Origin: Desulfobulbaceae bacterium BRH_c16a
Lineage (GTDB): Bacteria; Desulfobacterota; Desulfobulbia; Desulfobulbales; Desulfocapsaceae
Reading direction: 5' to 3'
NCBI GenBank assembly: GCA_000961725.1
Contig: LADS01000037.1
Span: 54,185 to 118,184, forward strand
Length of the DNA stretch: 64,000 bases
The notes beneath the pieces were generated by a model, which saw only the letters and a program-made list of their open reading frames with translations, was not told the DNA's origin and did no database searches. This document shows, piece by piece, positions 1-10,206 of the stretch. Numbering within the stretch: position 1 is the stretch's first letter; the number at the start of each line of letters is the position of its first letter. A program made the position numbers and the translations under genes.

Positions 1-1240
1 ACAGCAACAACAGGGAATTGATGGAATCATGAACATCGATCACCGCTTTCTTGCCCGAGGAAGGCCGGTTGAAATCCTGGAGACTACGGATGAGGTTTTT
101 CATTCTTTCGCTTTCGCTGATAGCCACCTCCAGAAATTTCTTATCCTCTTCCTCCAGATTGACCCTCCTTAAGCTTCTCAGTATGGTCATAACACCCTGC
201 AGGGGATTGTTGAATTCATGGGCAATCGAAGCGGACAACTGACCTATGGTCGAGAGCTTTTCAGCATGCAGGTATTTTGACTGCGTTTCCTGCAACTCCC
301 AGCTGCGTTGCTCAACCCTTTGTTCCAGTTGATCGTTTAAGGTAAGGAGCTGTTCTCTGGCCTGTTTTAGTTCGGTAATATCGGTGAGCGTCGCTATGAA
401 GCCGATGATCTGGTTCTGACTGCCCTTGAGTGGCGACAGATTGAGGATGAAATACAGGAGCGTGTCGTCACAGCGTATGAACTCTACCTCGACATTTTTG
501 TAAATTTCGCTGGGTAGGAAGGGCAGAAGAGAGACAAATCGTCCCGTTTCCGTTACCCGCAACCTGAATAATTTGTCAAACTGCTTCAGCAGCGGGTTCT
601 CTCCACAAAGTTCATGAGCGAGCCCGCTGGCGCGGATAATCCTTCCCCATTCGTCACAGACAATAATCACTTCTCCCGCCTGATCGATTATGGAACGGGC
701 GAGTCTTTCTGCGGCCATGAACTCTTCGTTACGCTTTTGTTGAGTGAGATCGGTGACGGCCACACTTATTCCCTGGCTATCGGAATAATCAAAGGCACAG
801 TAGGAAATGAGAACAGGGAGAGGAGGACCCTTGCCGGTTATCATCGAGATTTCATCTCGGTCGCATTCCTGGTTGAATTCATTCAGCCGGGCGGCGAAAT
901 AGAGTTGGTCCGCAGGAGCCACATGGGAGGCAAGAGTCGTGCCGATGATATTTTCCAGTGGAACCTGCAACATCCTGGCGAGACTTTTGTTGCAGTAAAG
1001 AATAGTCCCGTCCGGGGCGAGAGTGGCTGCCCCTTCACTCATCGTCTCCACCAGGACGCGGTAAGGATGCTCGGCTCCCTTCAAAGTGAAGACCTGTTTG
1101 CCGGCCGATCCCGACACCACGAAGGCGTCCACTTCGCCGCTGCCGATGGCGCGCAGGGTATCTTCCGCTTCTTCCAGACGCACCTGAAGATTTTTTATCT
1201 CTTCCTGAAGTTCCAAGAGAGTCCGGTCCTTCGATGACAT
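1..1240 (-). CDS. PAS-domain sensor histidine kinase of the kaiB-associated type (3' end runs off the window)
   Basis: Hand translation from ATG at 1240 gives MSSKDRTLLELQEEIKNLQVRLEEAEDTLRAIGSGEVDAFVV...YRVLVETMSEGAATLAPDGTILYCN (PAS). The H-box SIAHEFNNPLQG near 220 is in the same frame. Absent from the ORF track, consistent with no stop inside the window. Confidence 0.85.
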   Translation of the reverse strand, partial: MSSKDRTLLELQEEIKNLQVRLEEAEDTLRAIGSGEVDAFVVSGSAGKQVFTLKGAEHPYRVLVETMSEGAATLAPDGTILYCNKSLARMLQVPLENIIGTTLASHVAPADQLYFAARLNEFNQECDRDEISMITGKGPPLPVLISYCAFDYSDSQGISVAVTDLTQQKRNEEFMAAERLARSIIDQAGEVIIVCDEWGRIIRASGLAHELCGENPLLKQFDKLFRLRVTETGRFVSLLPFLPSEIYKNVEVEFIRCDDTLLYFILNLSPLKGSQNQIIGFIATLTDITELKQAREQLLTLNDQLEQRVEQRSWELQETQSKYLHAEKLSTIGQLSASIAHEFNNPLQGVMTILRSLRRVNLEEEDKKFLEVAISESERMKNLIRSLQDFNRPSSGKKAVIDVHDSINSLLLL

Positions 1241-1245
1241 CAGGT

Positions 1246-1608
1246 TTACTCCTTCTTCCTGAGGTCCAGGCCAACGAGGATACGCTCGGTCTTCGACATG
1301 TCGCCGATGAATTTACGCAACGGCAGCGGCAACTCCTTGATCAGAGTAGGTGCGGCAATGATCTGTCCCTCCCCGGCCAGGGTCGGCTGTTGATAGATAT
1401 CTATTATCTCCAGATGATAGCGCCCTTTCAGGTGTTCGTTGCAGATCTTGCGCACATTCTCGATGGCCCGCTGGGAATTAGGCGTCAGGCCGCTCACGTA
1501 GAGACGCAGGACGTAGATATTATCGTCAGTCTCTTCGAGAGCCTGTTCAAAGGCTTTGGTTGCATCCTGCGGCTGTGATGATTCATCCTGCTTTTTCTTT
1601 TTTGCCAT
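1246..1608 (-). CDS. kaiB: KaiB family protein
   Basis: YVLRLYVSGLTPNSQRAIEN...IIDIYQQP...IIAAPTLIKELPLPLRKFIGDMS, the KaiB signature. Confidence 0.93.
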   Translation of the reverse strand: MAKKKKQDESSQPQDATKAFEQALEETDDNIYVLRLYVSGLTPNSQRAIENVRKICNEHLKGRYHLEIIDIYQQPTLAGEGQIIAAPTLIKELPLPLRKFIGDMSKTERILVGLDLRKKE

Positions 1609-1628
1609 CGTCTTTTCTCACATTGAGA

Positions 1629-1979
1629 TCAGTCAATCGGTTTGATATCAAGCCCCACCAGTACCTTCTCGCTGTTGGAGAGGTCGCCGATGATCCTCTT
1701 CATTGGCTCAGGAATTTTCCGTATCAGAGTAGGCAGCGCCAGGATCTGATCCCCCTTGGCCAGCTGCGGGTTAACGATCAGGTCGATTATCTCGATACTG
1801 TACTGCCCCTTCAGATGTTCTTCGCATATCTTTTTGAGATTGGCAAATGCAGTGAGGGATTTCGGTGACTGACCTGCGACATACAGCCGAAGCCGCCATT
1901 TTTTTTCGCCGTTGTTATTTTCGTTTATTTCAGGATCCTGCGTCTTCGAATTATCAGTCATTTTTGTCTCGCTTTCCAA
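1629..1979 (-). CDS. kaiB: KaiB family protein
   Basis: [27 protein letters not shown]...[23 protein letters not shown]; start may be ATG 1961. Confidence 0.93.
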   Translation of the reverse strand: MESETKMTDNSKTQDPEINENNNGEKKWRLRLYVAGQSPKSLTAFANLKKICEEHLKGQYSIEIIDLIVNPQLAKGDQILALPTLIRKIPEPMKRIIGDLSNSEKVLVGLDIKPID

Positions 1980-1991
1980 TCATTACCGAAT

Positions 1992-2500
1992 TTACCCCGG
2001 CCTCACATAGCCAACATAAACATCTTCGAGCTGAATGCCGCTTTCGGAAAGACAAAACTCCCGGACCTGGTTGGAATGTGCCATGCCGCGCGACTTGAGG
2101 ACGAACAAGCCGCGGTTGCGCTCACCACTCTCCTCCATAACTTTTAACAGCAGCCATGTGTCGACCAGTGAGGATACCCCCACCTCGGTATGCCCGCCGC
2201 CGGTGGTCAAGTCGGTGCAGAAGGCAGTGATCTGTTTCATCTTCTTTCTTCACCCATGGTTCCAGGTCGATGCCGATGGACCGCATGTTGCGGACGATCT
2301 GGTGCCGCGATTCATCAAAAGCGAAATAGAGACAGCTCTCCCCACGCCGGCAGGCGGCATCGCAAAATGGCAGCCATGCTCGATTGCCGGTGCCGGCAGT
2401 GACACCCTTACTTTTCAGAAAACCGCACAACCTTCTCAGTTCCGCCCGAAGAACACTTCATTGGCGCCGATTGTTTCGATAGCGTACTCCATTAGGGAAT
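1992..2500 (-). pseudogene. kaiC: kaiC remnant with several internal deletions and frameshifts
   Basis: Fragments in different frames: EYAIETIGA, LRAELRRLCGFLKSKGVT (CI), FCDAACRRGESCLYFAFDESRHQIVRNMRSIGIDL, EVGVSSLVDTWLLL...ERNRGLFVLKSRGMAHSNQVREF (CII); about 0.5 kb in total. Confidence 0.85.
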
Positions 2501-2814
2501 AAATCAAACTGGGAAAGAAGATGCGACATTCAACCTATCAAGTGTCAGCAGCCAACACTAAAACATTGACAAAACAATATCAACTGAATAAATGCAGATG
2601 ATTTCATCGCAACATGATGTATTTCCATATATTGTCTGAGCGGATGACGTTGGAAAGAGGGGCTATGAGCCGCCTTCCAAATAAAATCATACTGCTTAAA
2701 GAAGTTAGACAATACCTCCTGGCAGTTATCAATTTGCCATTGCCAATCAGGTGAATGTTTCCCCTTGATTGGACGTTGAAGAAGACTTGAAGTTGCCGTT
2801 CCTGAAGATCTTTC

Positions 2815-3370
2815 ACACTGCTGGGAGGTACTGGAATCGGCATTATTTTCGTTGATCACAAACTGCGCATCCTGCGCTTCACCCCCACCGTCACCCGGAT
2901 TATCAACCTCATTCCCGGTGACGCAGGAAGGCCCGTGGCCCGCCAACGTGATTGAGGGAGCAGTGTTCACCTTTATGGACATAACCGAGATAAAAAAGGA
3001 CAGGGAGGCGTTGCGTCAAGCCAACGACAAGCTCCGTCTGGCCGTAGCCGTACGCGATGCCCACGACGCTATCACCGTACAGGATCTGAAGGGCCACATC
3101 ATTGCCTGGAACCAGGGAGCGGTGAGGGCGTATGGTTGGAGTGAGGCGGAAGCGCTAACGATCAACGCGTCCGACCGGATTCCCAAGGAACTGCGAACGG
3201 AAGCGATGGTTGATATATATCGGTTGAGCCTGGTCCAAAAACTTGAGCCGTGTCGTACCCAACGGCTCGCCAAATACGGTACTCTCGTGGAGATCTGGTT
3301 GACATCTGCAGCTTTAGTGAATGAGGAGGGGAAGATGTGTGCAATAGTAGTAATTGAGTTCAAGAGACCA
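2815..3370 (+). pseudogene. Remnant of the PAS-containing C-terminus of a CheB/CheR-type fusion
   Basis: GIGIIFVDHKLRILRFTPTVTRIINLIPGDAGRP joined out of frame to NVIEGAVFTFMDITEIK and a PAS domain (DAITVQDLKGHIIAWNQGA); no upstream catalytic domains. Confidence 0.7.
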
Positions 3371-3699
3371 GAGCAAGCAACTGTCCCATTTGGGGAAGAA
3401 CTATTGAAGATATTGTGGCAGCTTGTAAGAATGAGACTACTACTGTTGCAATAGGAACAAAAACCTACAGTAATCAAGCACAACACAGGATATTGGGATA
3501 TACTGACAGCGAACTTTTCGGCCAGAAAATATGGGATAATTTGCATCTTTGGATAAAAGGTCGTTGAAAGCATATTTTGCCAGACTGATCAAAACACGAC
3601 CAGCGCCCAAGCCACATAGAACTAAAAACATTACAAAGAATGTCGTTTCAGTTGATTTGCAGATTGATTCGGACTATGCCTACAACAAAAGGTGAGCTG

Positions 3700-3882
3700 A
3701 AATTCTACAAGACCTTGAAACCGGATGGATCGGTCCTCCTTGATGTGTATTCGCTGGCGGCATTTGACCTGCGGAAAGAGGAAGCGATACACGAAGTGAA
3801 CCTCCTCAACGGGTTCTGGTCACCAAACACGTATTACGGATTCCTGAATATCTTATTTGCGGTCATCGCCATGAGGGTATAA
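3700..3882 (+). pseudogene. Fragment of a class I SAM methyltransferase
   Basis: LKPDGSVLLDVYSL...NLLNGFWSPNTYYGFLN resembles the LKPGG-containing segment; N- and C-terminus missing. Confidence 0.4.
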
Positions 3883-3949
3883 ACACGGCTGAACATAACC
3901 GACGCACCAATCGGGCGTATTGTTTGATCTATAAAATTTTGGAGACCCT

Positions 3950-4597
3950 ATGGATATCATTCTGAATGCAATTGAAGTGCGGGTGCTTGGCAGCCTGATG
4001 GAAAAAGAGCTGGCAACCCCTGAATATTATCCCCTTTCGCTGAATGCCCTGATCAACGCCTGCAATCAGAAAACCAATCGATCGCCGGTGTTTTCCCTGG
4101 ACGAAAAAAGTGTGGCAGGTGCCCTGCAATCATTGAAAGAAAAGCATATTGTCCTGCAAAGCGACGCGAGCCGCGTCCCGAAATACTGGCATACCTTCGC
4201 CAAGGATAACAACTTGATCAGGCGCGAAGCGGCGCTGCTCTGCATGTTACTGCTGCGTGGGCCGCAGACGGCTGGAGAACTGCGCAGCCGGACCGAGAGG
4301 CTCTGTTCGTTCGAAAATCTTGAGGAAGTCGGCCAGTACCTTGATAATCTCTCGGCAATCGGTTTTGTTTGCAAACTGCCCCTGCAACCGGGGAGAAAAG
4401 AACAGCGTTTTGCTCACATGCTGGCCGGCGAACCTGAAAACATCGATCAGGCCCTCGCCCGCCGGGAGCCGGTCATGATTGCCGTCGCGGCAGATAACGA
4501 TCGTATCGCCGAACTGGAGAAATCGGTGGCGTATTTAAAGGAAGAACTTGAAATGCTGAAGAATGAGTTTTTATTTTTCAAGAAAGAATTTGAATAG
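3950..4597 (+). CDS. yceH: YceH / DUF480 family protein
   Basis: EVRVLGSLMEKELATPEYYPLSLNALINACNQKTNRSPV, LLLRGPQTAGELRSR, C-terminal coiled coil. Confidence 0.92.
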   Translation: MDIILNAIEVRVLGSLMEKELATPEYYPLSLNALINACNQKTNRSPVFSLDEKSVAGALQSLKEKHIVLQSDASRVPKYWHTFAKDNNLIRREAALLCMLLLRGPQTAGELRSRTERLCSFENLEEVGQYLDNLSAIGFVCKLPLQPGRKEQRFAHMLAGEPENIDQALARREPVMIAVAADNDRIAELEKSVAYLKEELEMLKNEFLFFKKEFE

Positions 4598-4609
4598 AGA
4601 GGTAAACCT

Positions 4610-5404
4610 ATGAAATTTGGCGCCATGAATTTCCCCATTATCCCGGTACTGGAAGAAATCGACAGTATTGCCCGGCTGGGCTTCGATTATCTGGAACTTG
4701 CCATGGATCCCCCCATGGCCCATCACAGCATCATTTCGGCAAACCAATCCGCCATCGCCACGGCCCTGAAAGACAACGACCTGGGCCTGGTCTGTCATCT
4801 CCCCACCTTCGTGTCTACCGCCGATCTCACCGAGAGCCTGCGGCGGGCTTCGGTGACGGAGATGCGCCAATCGCTGGATGTGGCATTTGCCCTGGGGGCT
4901 GAAAAAGTTGTTCTGCACCCCAGTATCGCCGGTGGCATGGGTGCCTTTGTCCTCGCCACGGCCAAGGGATATGCCTTCGATTTTCTCGCGGAAATGGTCG
5001 AAGCCGCCCGGCAGTTGAACATAACGATATGCCTGGAAAACATGTTCCCCCGCAACCTGCTTGGGGTTCTGCCGGATGACTTCCAGGAGATTTTCACTGT
5101 TTTTCCGTCCCTGAAGTTTACACTCGACACAGGCCACGCCAATATCGACGGCCAACAGGATGGCCGCCTGATGCGGCTTGCAGAGCGGTTCGGCGATCGG
5201 ATCGGCCATCTTCATTTCAGCGACAATCACGGCAAGCGGGATGATCACCTGGCCATCGGCAAAGGTATCATTGATTTTCCCGGCTTGGTCCGTCACCTGA
5301 AAAAAATCGGCTACGACGACACTCTTACCCTGGAGGTGTTCGATAAAGACCGCCGGTTGCTGGTCGAGAGCCGGGAACGAATCAAATCTCTGTTTGCACA
5401 CTGA
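4610..5404 (+). CDS. Sugar phosphate isomerase/epimerase (AP endonuclease 2 TIM barrel)
   Basis: CLENM, LDTGHAN, HLHFSDNHGKRDDHLAIGKGIIDF, TLEV motifs. Confidence 0.88.
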   Translation: MKFGAMNFPIIPVLEEIDSIARLGFDYLELAMDPPMAHHSIISANQSAIATALKDNDLGLVCHLPTFVSTADLTESLRRASVTEMRQSLDVAFALGAEKVVLHPSIAGGMGAFVLATAKGYAFDFLAEMVEAARQLNITICLENMFPRNLLGVLPDDFQEIFTVFPSLKFTLDTGHANIDGQQDGRLMRLAERFGDRIGHLHFSDNHGKRDDHLAIGKGIIDFPGLVRHLKKIGYDDTLTLEVFDKDRRLLVESRERIKSLFAH

Positions 5405-5455
5405 TAATCCTTCAAAGCAAACCAACATCCATTCAACTCGAAAAGGTGAGTAAAA

Positions 5456-5998
5456 ATGAAAAATAATAAACCTCTCAAAGGTATGAAAATCCTCTGCTTC
5501 GTCGGCGACCTCTACGAAGACCTCGAACTCTGGTACCCTAAGCTCCGATTTATCGAGGCAGGGGCTGAAGTGGTGGTGGCCGGACAGAAAGCCGGAGTCG
5601 TCTACGCCGGGAAAAACGGATATCCATGCTCCTCGGATGCAGCGATTGCCGAGATGAACAGTGCCGATTTCGACGGTCTGCTCTGTCCCGGCGGCTTCAT
5701 GCCCGATAAACTGCGGCGCGATCCACAGGTCCTGCAGCTGATCCGGGACTTTCATGCGGCCGGCAAGATGGTTGCGGCGATCTGTCATGGCGGATGGCTG
5801 CCGATATCTGCCGGCGTCTATAAAGATGTCCGGGTAACCGGCTCTCTCGGCATCAAAGACGATTTGATCAATGCCGGGGCGATCTGGGAGAACACCCCGG
5901 TTGTCGCTGACAGGAACTTTGTCTCCAGCCGCAAGCCGGACGACCTCCCGGATTTTTGCCTTGGCTGCATCGATGTCCTTCTGCGTCAGAAGAAATAA
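5456..5998 (+). CDS. pfpI: PfpI/DJ-1 family type 1 glutamine-amidotransferase-like protein
   Basis: YEDLELWYP, PGGFMPDKLR, AAICHG nucleophile elbow, SSRKPDDLPDF. Confidence 0.9.
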   Translation: MKNNKPLKGMKILCFVGDLYEDLELWYPKLRFIEAGAEVVVAGQKAGVVYAGKNGYPCSSDAAIAEMNSADFDGLLCPGGFMPDKLRRDPQVLQLIRDFHAAGKMVAAICHGGWLPISAGVYKDVRVTGSLGIKDDLINAGAIWENTPVVADRNFVSSRKPDDLPDFCLGCIDVLLRQKK

Positions 5999-6228
5999 AG
6001 AAAGTTTAAATTGATCCTGTCGCTTGCACTTCCTTGTCCCGGCAAACAGGATTTATCCCATGACACCGGACGAAAAAAAACTCCTTCTGTAATCTTTTCC
6101 TCTTTTTCAATACGCTGTTACTGCTGCTTTCAGGAAAACAAACCAGCCAGGTATGTAATTTGCTAGAGATCAGCAAACCATTCCTGACAAATTTCCTCGC
6201 AAAAACTTGCACGAAACCTGGAGGTACT

Positions 6229-6867
6229 ATGGCGGATCATCAACAAGATACCGAGCTGGACGAAGGGGGCTGTTCCCGTCGGGGTTTCATACAGTTTATC
6301 GGCGTCGGGGTCGGGGTGGTCGGCGCCACCCTGCTGTCTCCGCCTCTCAGGAAACCTCTTCTGGCCCATACGCCCGATCGGGTGCTGTCGGCTACCGACA
6401 TGGTCATGGTACGGCTCACCATTAACGGCACCGCCCATGCCGTTGCCGTGGAGCCTCGCTGGTCCCTGCTCTATGTCCTGCGAGAGATTATCGGTCTCAC
6501 CGGCAGCAAGATCGGCTGCGACCGGGGCGAATGCGGGGCCTGCACGGTGCTCTTTGACGATGTCCCCCGCTATTCCTGCCTTACCCTGGCGGTGGAGGCT
6601 GAAAACCATGCCATTACCACGGTTGAAGGCCTGATGGACGGTGAACAGCTCGGCCAGGTGCAGAATGCCTTTGTCGAAGAGGACGCCTTCCAGTGCGGCT
6701 ATTGCACACCCGGTCAGATCATGGCGGTTGAGGGTCTTCTGCGGAAAACCCCGTCACCCTCCGCCGATGAGATCCGGCACGGCTGTTCCGGCAACCTGTG
6801 CCGCTGCGCGGCATATAAAAACATCTTTGCAGCCGCCGACCGCGCTGCCCGGATGAAACGGAAATAA
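6229..6867 (+). CDS. [2Fe-2S] subunit of a xanthine-dehydrogenase-family enzyme with Tat signal (PaoA/YagT-like)
   Basis: SRRGFIQ twin-arginine motif; GSKIGCDRGECGACT and FQCGYCTPG...NLCRC; RBS ggagg before ATG 6229. Confidence 0.92.
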   Translation: MADHQQDTELDEGGCSRRGFIQFIGVGVGVVGATLLSPPLRKPLLAHTPDRVLSATDMVMVRLTINGTAHAVAVEPRWSLLYVLREIIGLTGSKIGCDRGECGACTVLFDDVPRYSCLTLAVEAENHAITTVEGLMDGEQLGQVQNAFVEEDAFQCGYCTPGQIMAVEGLLRKTPSPSADEIRHGCSGNLCRCAAYKNIFAAADRAARMKRK

Positions 6868-6877
6868 AGGATACGCC

Positions 6878-9205
6878 ATGGCAACCACCGATGAAATCTA
6901 TTACACGGAAGGTCTCCCGGTTCCGGAAACACCGGAAGAAGGACATGCGCCTTCTTTCTGGCGGGAAACCGATGTGGTCGGCAAACCGCTTCCCCGGGTT
7001 GATGCCTATGAACGGGTCAGCGGTACTGCTGTGTACCCTTCGGACATCCTGCTGCCCAATATGCTCTACGGCGCCATTCTGCGCTGTCCCCATCCCCATG
7101 CCCTGGTGAAGAAAGTGAATACCGCCGAAGCCGAAAAAATGGCGGGAGTACGGGCAATTCTGACCGGAGACTCCAGGGAGATTAAAGGACTTCGATGGCA
7201 ATACCAGGAACAGCAGGTACCCTTTCTCAATCCTATCTGTCGATTCGAGGGAGAAGTGGTGGCGGCTGTGGCGGCAGATTCATGGTACCAGGCGGCGGAT
7301 GCGGCCCGTGCCATTAAGGTTGAGTATGAGGTGTTGCCCTTTGTCGCCGACTATGAAAAAGCCCTCGATGCTTCCTCGGTGAAAGTGCAGGATGGCGGGA
7401 ATCTGCTTATTGAGGACAGCTCCTTGCGGGGCTCGCCGGAAAAGGGCTTTGCCGAAGCGGATGTGATCCTCGAGCAGACCTATCGGACGTCATGCGAACT
7501 GCAGACTCCCATCGAATTGCACGGCTGTGTGGCCAACTGGGACGGCAGCCGCCTGACAATCTGGGAATCGAGCCAGGGAGTGTTTGCCGTCCAGTCGACG
7601 GTCGCCGAAACCCTCGGCCTCCCTCTCGCTAAAGTCAGGGTTATCGGGCACTATATGGGCGGCGGTTTCGGCAGCAAGCTGAGACCCGGGAAATATACCG
7701 TGCTGTGTGCGCTCCTCGCGAAAAAGGCAGCCAAGCCGGTGAAACTGCTGCTCACCCGGGAGGAAACCTATCTCAGCACCGGCAACCGTCCGGCCAGTAC
7801 CATGCGGATCAAGGCAGGGGTAAAAAAGGACGGCACCCTCACCGCACTGGAGTTCGACTGCATCGGTCCGAGCGGCGCCTACTCCGCCGGCGGAGTGCAG
7901 CTGGTCGACTGGCTGGCGCGGGATCTCTACCGGTGCGACAATGTCCTGACCACGAGCCGGGATGTGCTGATCAACGCCGGTCCGGCCAGACCGTTCCGCG
8001 CTCCGGGCCACCCCCAGGGCGCCTGGGCTCTCGAGCAGATGATCGATGCTCTAGCGCAAGAAATTCAAATGGATCCGGTGCAGCTGCGCCTGAAAAATAT
8101 CCCCCTCCAGAGCCAGGCGAGAGAAAACAGCCCTGCCTACACCAGCACCGGCCTGCAACAATGTCTGGAAAAAGGCGCCGAACAGTTTCAATGGCAATCG
8201 TCTCTGGAGAGGATCCGAAAATTCAATGAACAGGCCGGCCATGTCAAGCGCGGCGTCGGCGTCGGCGCCTGTCTCTGGATTGCCGGGGGCGGCGGACCGC
8301 CGTCGACCGTCATCATCAAGTTGTACAAGGACGGCTCGATCAACCTCAATATGGGAGCAAGCGACATCGGCACCGGCACCAAGACGATCATGGCCATGGT
8401 TGCCGCCGAAGAGCTTGGAGTTACACCTTCCGTCATTCAGATCGAGCATGCCGATACCGCCACCACCCAGTTTGCCACCCCGAGCGGCGGCAGCAAAACC
8501 GTCCCCACCGAAGCGCCGACCGTACGTAACGCCGCCATTGCGCTGAAACAGGCGCTTCTCGAAATGGCGGCGGAAGATCTGCAGGTGGACCGGAAGGAAC
8601 TCGTCTATCTCGGCGATCAAATTGTCTGGAACAAGGATAAAAACAAAAAAGTAAAAATCACGGAAATCAGTAAATTGCAGAAACGCGGAGAAGTGATCGG
8701 CGTGGGCTATCGCGGCGCAAATCCTGTGGATAAAGTGGTCACTCCTTTTGCCGCCCAGTTCTGCGAGCTGGAGGTCAACACCCTGAGCGGTGAGATAAAG
8801 ATCCTGCGTTTTCTCGGTGTCCACGACAGCGGCCGGGTCATGAACCGGTTGACTTTCGACAATCAAGTCTATGGCGGCATCGTCATGGGTGTAGGTTTTG
8901 CTCTCACCGAATCTCGCCAGCTTGACGAACGGCAGACCGGCAAATTATGCAATAAGAACTGGCACGACTATAAGTTGCCCACTGCCCTGGATGTGCCGCT
9001 GGAAATGGCAAGTTATCCCATCGAAATTGCCGATCCCGAGGGCAACAATACCGGCGCCAAGGGCCTGGGCGAGCCGGTCACCATCCCGACCGCAGCGGCT
9101 ATCGCCAATGCGCTGCAGATGGCAACCGGAGTTCGTTTCACCAAGGCGCCGGTGACTCCGATGGATGTCATCCGTCACCTCACACTCCACCAGGAGGGTA
9201 AATAA
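6878..9205 (+). CDS. Molybdopterin-binding subunit, xanthine dehydrogenase/aldehyde oxidoreductase family
   Basis: MGGGFGSK, FRAPGHPQ, AKGLGEP, NQVYGGIVMG motifs. Confidence 0.95.
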   Translation: MATTDEIYYTEGLPVPETPEEGHAPSFWRETDVVGKPLPRVDAYERVSGTAVYPSDILLPNMLYGAILRCPHPHALVKKVNTAEAEKMAGVRAILTGDSREIKGLRWQYQEQQVPFLNPICRFEGEVVAAVAADSWYQAADAARAIKVEYEVLPFVADYEKALDASSVKVQDGGNLLIEDSSLRGSPEKGFAEADVILEQTYRTSCELQTPIELHGCVANWDGSRLTIWESSQGVFAVQSTVAETLGLPLAKVRVIGHYMGGGFGSKLRPGKYTVLCALLAKKAAKPVKLLLTREETYLSTGNRPASTMRIKAGVKKDGTLTALEFDCIGPSGAYSAGGVQLVDWLARDLYRCDNVLTTSRDVLINAGPARPFRAPGHPQGAWALEQMIDALAQEIQMDPVQLRLKNIPLQSQARENSPAYTSTGLQQCLEKGAEQFQWQSSLERIRKFNEQAGHVKRGVGVGACLWIAGGGGPPSTVIIKLYKDGSINLNMGASDIGTGTKTIMAMVAAEELGVTPSVIQIEHADTATTQFATPSGGSKTVPTEAPTVRNAAIALKQALLEMAAEDLQVDRKELVYLGDQIVWNKDKNKKVKITEISKLQKRGEVIGVGYRGANPVDKVVTPFAAQFCELEVNTLSGEIKILRFLGVHDSGRVMNRLTFDNQVYGGIVMGVGFALTESRQLDERQTGKLCNKNWHDYKLPTALDVPLEMASYPIEIADPEGNNTGAKGLGEPVTIPTAAAIANALQMATGVRFTKAPVTPMDVIRHLTLHQEGK

Positions 9206-10188
9206 TGCTGCCGAAATTTTCCTACGTCCGCCCGAACACTCTGGAGAACTCGATTTCGCAGCTGCAGGCGGAAGGCGCGGCCTTGCACGCAGGCGGTACC
9301 GACCTGCTCGGTTGTTTACGCGAGAAAATCATACACAGCGAGATACTTGTCAGCATCAGCGGTCTCAACGAACTCTCCGGGATCAGAGAAACGGCGGGCG
9401 GCGAGCTGCGTATCGGGGCTTTGACCACGATTACCGAGATCGGCGAGAGCCAGCTGATCAAAGAAAAATATCCGGGCCTGGCCTTAGCCGCGGCCGAAGT
9501 TGCCAGCCCCCAGTTACGCAACCAGGGAACAATCGGCGGCAATCTCTGTCAAAAACCGCGCTGCTGGTACTACCGGGGCGAATTCGACTGCCTGCGCAAA
9601 GGCGGCGACAAGTGCTTCGCACTGAACGGAGAAAACCAGTTTCATGCAATCTTCGGTCATGATTTTATCTGTGCAATCACCCATCCCTCCGACACGGCCC
9701 CGATCCTGGTGGCGCTCGATGCCGAGGTGCTGGTAACCGGCCCGCAGGGTGAGAGAACTATCGTGGTTGCCGACCTCCATGTCCTGCCTGCAGATAACGT
9801 CCAGGCGGAAACGGTCCTCGACCGGGGTGAAATCATCACCCATATCCGGATTCCGCCACCGCCCCGCGGACTGTATACTTCCTATCGCAAAATCAGGGCG
9901 CGACAGTCCTGGGATTTTGCCTTGGCCGGAGCCGCTCTGGCCCTTACCATGGAAGGCGGACGGGTTTCACGGGCGGCTGTCGTTCTGTCCGGCGCAGCGC
10001 CGATCCCGTGGCGCAGCCGGGAAGCGGAACAGGCGCTTACCGGCAAACCACTTTCCGGCGAGACTATTGCCGCAGCTGCCCAGGCAGCGGTAGCCGATGC
10101 CAAACCGCTACGGGCCAATGACTATAAGATAGCGATGTTCCGGGGCATGCTCGAGGAGGAACTGCATAAAGCGAGGACTGCTGCATGA
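9205..10188 (+). CDS. FAD-binding subunit (PaoB/YagS-like) with Cys insertion for [4Fe-4S]
   Basis: AGGTDL, ASPQLRNQGTIGGNLCQKPRCWYYR...CLRKGGDKC, HPSD; coupled to upstream gene by TAATG. Confidence 0.93.
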   Translation: MLPKFSYVRPNTLENSISQLQAEGAALHAGGTDLLGCLREKIIHSEILVSISGLNELSGIRETAGGELRIGALTTITEIGESQLIKEKYPGLALAAAEVASPQLRNQGTIGGNLCQKPRCWYYRGEFDCLRKGGDKCFALNGENQFHAIFGHDFICAITHPSDTAPILVALDAEVLVTGPQGERTIVVADLHVLPADNVQAETVLDRGEIITHIRIPPPPRGLYTSYRKIRARQSWDFALAGAALALTMEGGRVSRAAVVLSGAAPIPWRSREAEQALTGKPLSGETIAAAAQAAVADAKPLRANDYKIAMFRGMLEEELHKARTAA

Positions 10189-10206
10189 CAATACCACGCG
10201 CAGAAC

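Noticed and set aside
614-1237. 207-aa plus-strand ORF and many similar antisense ORFs (e.g. 4571..5788, 17774..18823, 21033..22262, 39881..41071, 42540..43622)
   Set aside because: They are shadows of well-supported genes on the opposite strand and show no motifs of their own
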